Under the pieces are notes generated by a model. The model ran no database searches and was not told where the DNA came from. It worked only from the letters and a program-made list of their open reading frames with translations. 64,000 nt of DNA from an uncultured Gemmatimonadaceae bacterium (lineage in GTDB: Bacteria; Latescibacterota; UBA2968; UBA8231): positions 922-64,921 of the forward strand of contig CAYWBJ010000424.1 in the NCBI GenBank assembly GCA_964456165.1, read 5' to 3'. The translations under genes and the position numbers were made by a program. Within the stretch, counting starts at the first letter, position 1. Every line of letters begins with the position of its first letter. Positions 59,921 to 64,000 of this stretch are shown here, piece after piece.

Positions 59921-61810
59921 GTGACCGTTCGCGCCCTCGTCATCGGCCTCCCCCTGGCCCTGATCGTCGGCGCCCTGGGCCCCGTCCTCTCCCTCTACGT
60001 CCAGGGACCCAACTCCAGTGCCTATTTCACCAGCCAGATAGCCCACTTCATCCTGTTCCTTCTGGTGGCGGTGGTCACCGTCGCGCTCGGCCGCCTGCGG
60101 CGCTCCTGGGCGTTCAGCAAAGCCGAGCTGGTGGTCCTGTTCGTCCTCATGAGCCTGGCCAACGGCACCCACATCATCGTCCACCACTGGGTACCTCTGG
60201 TCGCGAGCCCATTCTACTACGCCCGCACCGAGAACAATTGGCTGCACGAGATCGTCCCCTACATCCCCTCCTGGCTCGTGCCCCATCACGTCGAGGGGAT
60301 ACGTGCATTTTTCGAGGGCAGCGAGCAGGGCGGCGGCATCGCCTGGCACGTCTGGATCGATCCCATCCTGGGCTGGATGCCCCTCTTCCTGTCGCTCCCG
60401 GTAATCACCATCTGCGCGATGGTGATCCTGCGTCGGCGTTGGGTGGAGCAGGAGCGGCTGATCTATCCGGTGGTCCAGCTTTCCCTGTCGATGGTGCAGC
60501 GGGACGACCGCGGCTCGCTCGTTCACCCGTTCCTGCGGCGGGGAGCCATGTGGCTGGGATTCGCCGTCCCCGTGATCACGGGCGCCATCGTGGGCCTGCA
60601 CGCCTTCTTCCCCTTCCTCCCCAAGGTCGAGGTCACCTACGCCGTCCCCCTCTTCAAGCGGATGTACCTCAGCTTCGCCACCCTCGGATTCTTCTTCCTG
60701 ATCCAGCGGGAGGTAGCCTTCGGCCTGTGGGTCTTCACCCTGCTCAACCACCTTCAGAACGCCGTCTACGACGAGCTAGGCTGGGCGACCGAGGCCGAGC
60801 CGGTGATCAGCGCCTGGAGCTACGGCACCCCCAGCCTCGTACATCAGGGGATGGGTGCGATGATCGTCCTCGTCCTCGGCGGCCTCTGGGTCGGGCGCGA
60901 ACACCTGGCCAACGTCTTCCGCAAGGCTTTCCGCGGCGCCGACAACGTCCGGGACGACGATGAGATCCTCTCGTACCGCGGAGCCGTGTTCGGACTTCTG
61001 CTGGGCACGGTGGTGATGGCAGTCTGGCTCTGGCGCATGGGCATTCCGGCCATCGGGGTCGTCGCCCTGATGTTCTTTCTCGCCGTCATCTTCCTCGCCC
61101 TGACCCGGGTCATCGTCGAGGGCGGGGTCGCCGTGATCTACACCCCGATGGTGGCCGAGGACGCGGTCATGTCGGCCGTCGGCACCTCGGTCTTCGGACC
61201 CAGCGGCCTAATGGGTCTGACCTTCACCCGTATTTTCGGCAACGACCTGCTCAACTTCGTCATGCCCCACGCCGCCAACGGGCTCAAGCTCGCCGGCGAG
61301 ATCGACCGTCGCCGCCGCCCCCTGTTCTGGGCCATGCTCGCGGCGACGCTGCTGGGCATGTTCGGCGCCCTCTGGATGCTCCTGCACCTGGCCTCCACCT
61401 ACGGCGCCATCAACATGAGCCGCATCCACTTCGTCTGGTTCCCCAACTACCTCGGCGACTACACCGCCGCCCGCATCGCCCAGCCCACCGGACCCAACGC
61501 CCTGGGATGGTTCCATACCGGCGTCGGCGGCGCCGTCATGGCACTGCTCATGCTCGCCCGCCGGTTCTGGGGCTGGTGGCCGCTACACCCGATCGGCTTT
61601 CCCATCAGCTCCACCTTTCGCTGGATGGCGTTCAACGCCTTTCTCGCCTGGATGATCAAGGGGCCGATCCTCAAATACGGGGGCGTCTCCATGTACAAAG
61701 CGGTGCGCCCGTTTTTCCTCGGGCTCATCCTCGGCCACTTCGCGATCTACGGGGTTTTCTGGATCGTCAACGGGCTGACCGGGGTGACCGGCAACTGGCT
61801 CTTCCCCTGA
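59921..61810 (+). CDS. large polytopic inner-membrane protein of unknown family (~629 aa, about 12-14 predicted TM segments)
   Basis: GTG 59921, 2 nt after the PhyH-8 stop, within ORF 59813-61810. Successive hydrophobic stretches (VRALVIGLPLALIVGALGPVL, IAHFILFLLVAVVTVALG, LGWMPLFLSLPVITICAMVIL, AVFGLLLGTVVMAVWLW, VVALMFFLAVIFLAL, LFWAMLAATLLGMFGALWMLL, FFLGLILGHFAIYGVFWIV ...). No transporter-family motif recognised. Confidence 0.8.
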   Translation: MTVRALVIGLPLALIVGALGPVLSLYVQGPNSSAYFTSQIAHFILFLLVAVVTVALGRLRRSWAFSKAELVVLFVLMSLANGTHIIVHHWVPLVASPFYYARTENNWLHEIVPYIPSWLVPHHVEGIRAFFEGSEQGGGIAWHVWIDPILGWMPLFLSLPVITICAMVILRRRWVEQERLIYPVVQLSLSMVQRDDRGSLVHPFLRRGAMWLGFAVPVITGAIVGLHAFFPFLPKVEVTYAVPLFKRMYLSFATLGFFFLIQREVAFGLWVFTLLNHLQNAVYDELGWATEAEPVISAWSYGTPSLVHQGMGAMIVLVLGGLWVGREHLANVFRKAFRGADNVRDDDEILSYRGAVFGLLLGTVVMAVWLWRMGIPAIGVVALMFFLAVIFLALTRVIVEGGVAVIYTPMVAEDAVMSAVGTSVFGPSGLMGLTFTRIFGNDLLNFVMPHAANGLKLAGEIDRRRRPLFWAMLAATLLGMFGALWMLLHLASTYGAINMSRIHFVWFPNYLGDYTAARIAQPTGPNALGWFHTGVGGAVMALLMLARRFWGWWPLHPIGFPISSTFRWMAFNAFLAWMIKGPILKYGGVSMYKAVRPFFLGLILGHFAIYGVFWIVNGLTGVTGNWLFP

Positions 61811-61941
61811 CGCCGGTCGATGGACCCGGCTCTATTCGGTTCGGGCCAACACCCACGCGCGTTGGCGCACCGGAGGCGGCTCCTCTTGTCACCCTCCGCA
61901 GAGTCCGGCCAAGTCCTGAGTTGGCACCCCGGAGATGTCAA

Positions 61942-61970
61942 TTGGCGACGGCCATGGTGGGCGCTATTTT
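61942..61970 (+). promoter_or_regulatory. candidate sigma70-type promoter for PhyH-9
   Basis: TTGGCG (61942-61947), 17-nt spacer, TATTTT (61965-61970). Favours GTG 62009 as the start codon. Confidence 0.3.
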
Positions 61971-62008
61971 CCTAATCGCCGCCTTTGCAGAAACCGATCG
62001 GAGCGCCC

Positions 62009-62773
62009 GTGACCTCCTACATCGACGAGTGTGTTGAGCAGGTCCTGACCCGCGGCCACTGCCTGCTGAAAGGTCGCTTCCCCGCCCAGGCGGTCGAGTC
62101 CTGCCGCGAGGGTTTCATGCCGCTGCTGGAACAAGTCGGCCAGCGAATTCCCGAGGGCAATCGCGGCCTTTGCCGCTGGGCGATCGGCCTGCCCTTCGCT
62201 CCCCCTTTCTATCATTCCGCCTTCTTCACCGACGCACTGGTAAACGAGATCTGCCGCCGGATCCTCGGCGACGGCATGCACGTGGTCTACTACGGCACCG
62301 ACACGCCGGTGAAGGGCTCCGATTTCCAGAAGGTACATGCCGACATTCCCTTCCCCTTCCCGGAGGAGCCGGGCATCCGGCACCCACCCCTGACTCTGTC
62401 GGTACGCTTCACCTTCGGTGCCATGACGATGGCGAACGGTCCCTTCGAGGTGGCACCAGGCACCCAGTACCTGCCCCGGCAAGAGACTATCGCCAAGCTG
62501 GAAGCCGGCGAGATCCCGCTCGAGCCGCTGCTGCTGGACGTGGGCGATGTGATCGTCTCCGATGCCCGGACACCGCACCGCGGCACACCGAACCACACGG
62601 ACGAGCCGCGGCCCTTCGCCGTCATCGTCTACAACCGCGATTTCTATTTCCAGGAGCGCTGGGAAGAGGGCCTCGAGGCCAACGACAACCCCGTGTTGCT
62701 GGAATCGTTCTACCGGTCGCTGTCTGAAGAGGAGCAGCGCCTGCTCAGGCGCTTGCCGCGCACCCAGTGCTGA
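62009..62773 (+). CDS. PhyH-family dioxygenase (PhyH-9)
   Basis: ORF opens at TTG 61985; GTG 62009 has a GGAG SD 5 nt upstream and lies downstream of a sigma70-like promoter. KVHADIP (HxD), APGTQYL (variant of PGSH), TPHRGTPNHTDEPR. Confidence 0.8.
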   Translation: MTSYIDECVEQVLTRGHCLLKGRFPAQAVESCREGFMPLLEQVGQRIPEGNRGLCRWAIGLPFAPPFYHSAFFTDALVNEICRRILGDGMHVVYYGTDTPVKGSDFQKVHADIPFPFPEEPGIRHPPLTLSVRFTFGAMTMANGPFEVAPGTQYLPRQETIAKLEAGEIPLEPLLLDVGDVIVSDARTPHRGTPNHTDEPRPFAVIVYNRDFYFQERWEEGLEANDNPVLLESFYRSLSEEEQRLLRRLPRTQC

Positions 62774-63051
62774 AGCGCGGCCGGGCCGGCGCTCCCATGT
62801 CTGATCTCATGGCGATGGTATCTTGGATACGGGGCGGCAGAATCGGGAGCAGATTGAATTCCCGGCATCACCCTGCACGGGTGCCGGTCAGCGGCAGCAG
62901 CATGGGAGATCGGCGTCCCGATCGCGCCATCGGCCTGCCAATCCTGTCAGCTTGTTGGGGATCCGGGTGATCGCTTTATTCCTCTACCGTTACGGCATCC
63001 TGCCTGCGCGCCGGCTTCCGCTCGTTTCGCAACGGTCTTGAAGGCAACGAT

Positions 63052-63441
63052 ATGAATCTAAATCAGCGGCAACAGATCGTCGTCGACTGTTTGGAACACC
63101 TAGCGAAGGGGACGCTCACCGTCGATGCCTTGAGTGGTGCGTTCGAACAGGTGCTGTCAGAAAACGGCCGACGTCAGGACTTGCTCTACCTGCAGACGAA
63201 CGAGAGCGCCCTGCATTCGGGGGTGATCGGCATGAAGATGCTGGTCAACGGTGAGTACGCCGCCGACCCCGCGCCTGCCGGTCCCAAGCCCACTCCCGAT
63301 GATGGCTGGCCCTACGCGACCGTGATCGACGCGATCAGAGACGGCTGGCGGGTGATCAGCTTCCCCAACATGGCCCTTAGCCTGGACGAGAATCGCACGT
63401 ATGGCCTGGGTTTCGAGTTCATTCTGGAGAGGTGGCGCTAG
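63052..63441 (+). CDS. conserved small protein of unknown function (129 aa), copy 2
   Basis: MNLNQRQQIVVD...RRQDLLYLQTNESALHSGVIGMKMLVNGEYAADP...DDGWPYATVIDAIRDGWRVISFPNMALSLDENRTYGLGFEFILERWR. GAAGG SD. TAG stop directly abuts the ATG of the next gene (TAGATG). Confidence 0.75.
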   Translation: MNLNQRQQIVVDCLEHLAKGTLTVDALSGAFEQVLSENGRRQDLLYLQTNESALHSGVIGMKMLVNGEYAADPAPAGPKPTPDDGWPYATVIDAIRDGWRVISFPNMALSLDENRTYGLGFEFILERWR

Positions 63442-64000
63442 ATGCATACCCACGACTGTGAGCCAACCCTGACAGACCGCCAGGTCATCGAGTTCTGTCG
63501 CGAGGGCTTCCTGACGCTCGAAGGAGCAGTGGAGGCAGGAGTAACCGACCGCGCCATCGAGTATTGCCATGCGCACCCGGAGGATCGCGAGCTCTCGGTC
63601 CTGCTCGAAGAGGACTGGTTCGTCGACGGAATTCTGCTGGCCCCGGCCGTCGCCGGGGCCGTTCGCAGTCTCCTCGGGGCCGGCTTCGGCCTCTCGCCGT
63701 TCGTCGCCAACCACATCGGCGAGTGCCCCGATCCCGATCCGTTGGGCTGGCACGTGGACGGCGGCAACGTGCACACCTTCGCCCTCAACTACCTGCAGGT
63801 CTTCTGCCTGCCCCAGGACACCACTGTCGAGATGGGCCCGACCGAGATCCTGCCCGGCAGCCACTTCCTGCTCGGGCAAAGCGCCCTGGTCTCCCGCTAC
63901 GGCGCCATCCGCGGCACCCGGATGTGCACCGGCCCGGCCGGCACCGTTTACATCACCTGTTATCCGATCTGGCACCGCCGCTACCGGGCGACTGCCACCG
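63442..64000 (+). CDS. PhyH-family dioxygenase (PhyH-10), 5' part; runs off window end
   Basis: MHTHDCEPTLTDRQVIEFCREGFLTLEG...LGWHVDGG (HxD), LPGSHFL, PIWHRRY. Collinear with PhyH-7 (LLAPAVAGAVRSLLG, LNYLQVF). No stop before 64000. Confidence 0.8.
   Translation, partial: MHTHDCEPTLTDRQVIEFCREGFLTLEGAVEAGVTDRAIEYCHAHPEDRELSVLLEEDWFVDGILLAPAVAGAVRSLLGAGFGLSPFVANHIGECPDPDPLGWHVDGGNVHTFALNYLQVFCLPQDTTVEMGPTEILPGSHFLLGQSALVSRYGAIRGTRMCTGPAGTVYITCYPIWHRRYRATAT

Noticed and set aside
1-64000. Search for CRISPR arrays, IS elements or transposases, integrases, prophage genes, toxin-antitoxin pairs, and rRNA, tRNA or tmRNA.
   Set aside because: No spaced direct repeats, no terminal inverted repeats flanking ORFs, and no recombinase or transposase-like translations. 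No RNA-gene hallmarks were seen in any intergenic gap over 100 bp.

Overview
GC-rich (by eye mid-60s % G+C, not computed), very gene-dense bacterial chromosomal segment. I support about 55 protein-coding genes. I found no rRNA, tRNA, CRISPR array, transposase, integrase or phage gene. Most long ORFs in the track are alternate-frame or antisense shadow ORFs typical of high-GC DNA (Arg/Pro/Gly/Ala-rich); I kept only frames with natural composition, recognisable motifs, sensible starts and Shine-Dalgarno sequences. A TonB-dependent receptor implies a diderm host; I cannot place the lineage.

Content:
- A large glycan and sugar-acid catabolic island whose enzymes lack signal peptides.
- Three GHL10/DUF187-like TIM-barrel proteins, three Asp-box five-bladed propellers, one PL22/TolB-like propeller and two BNR sialidase-like proteins.
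- Two paralogues (about 600 and 650 aa) of unknown family.
- Four enolase-superfamily dehydratases and two UxuA-type dehydratases.
- A gene set resembling a non-phosphorylative 6-deoxyhexose pathway: RhaM-like mutarotase, extended SDR, lactonase-like amidohydrolase, dehydratase and aldehyde dehydrogenase.
- Many amide or ester hydrolases (M20, M81, nitrilase-superfamily, amidohydrolase_2, esterase).
- A PaaK-like ligase and a DegT-type aminotransferase.

Most unusual signals:
1. Ten PhyH-family Fe(II)/2-oxoglutarate dioxygenase paralogues lie in the right 36 kb, seven of them in the last 11 kb.
2. A two-gene cassette occurs twice, reading outward: a conserved ~125-aa protein of unknown function, start/stop-coupled to a PhyH dioxygenase.
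3. The two cassette copies flank a PhyH / ~630-aa polytopic membrane protein / PhyH block.
4. One PhyH paralogue carries H-x-G where the others carry the H-x-D metal motif.
5. Two decayed genes are present: an internally deleted N,N-dimethylformamidase-like remnant and an NTF2-like gene with an in-frame TAG.
6. No transcription factor and no canonical inner-membrane transporter is recognisable in the whole 64 kb.

All family assignments come from motif recognition by eye, not from searches.
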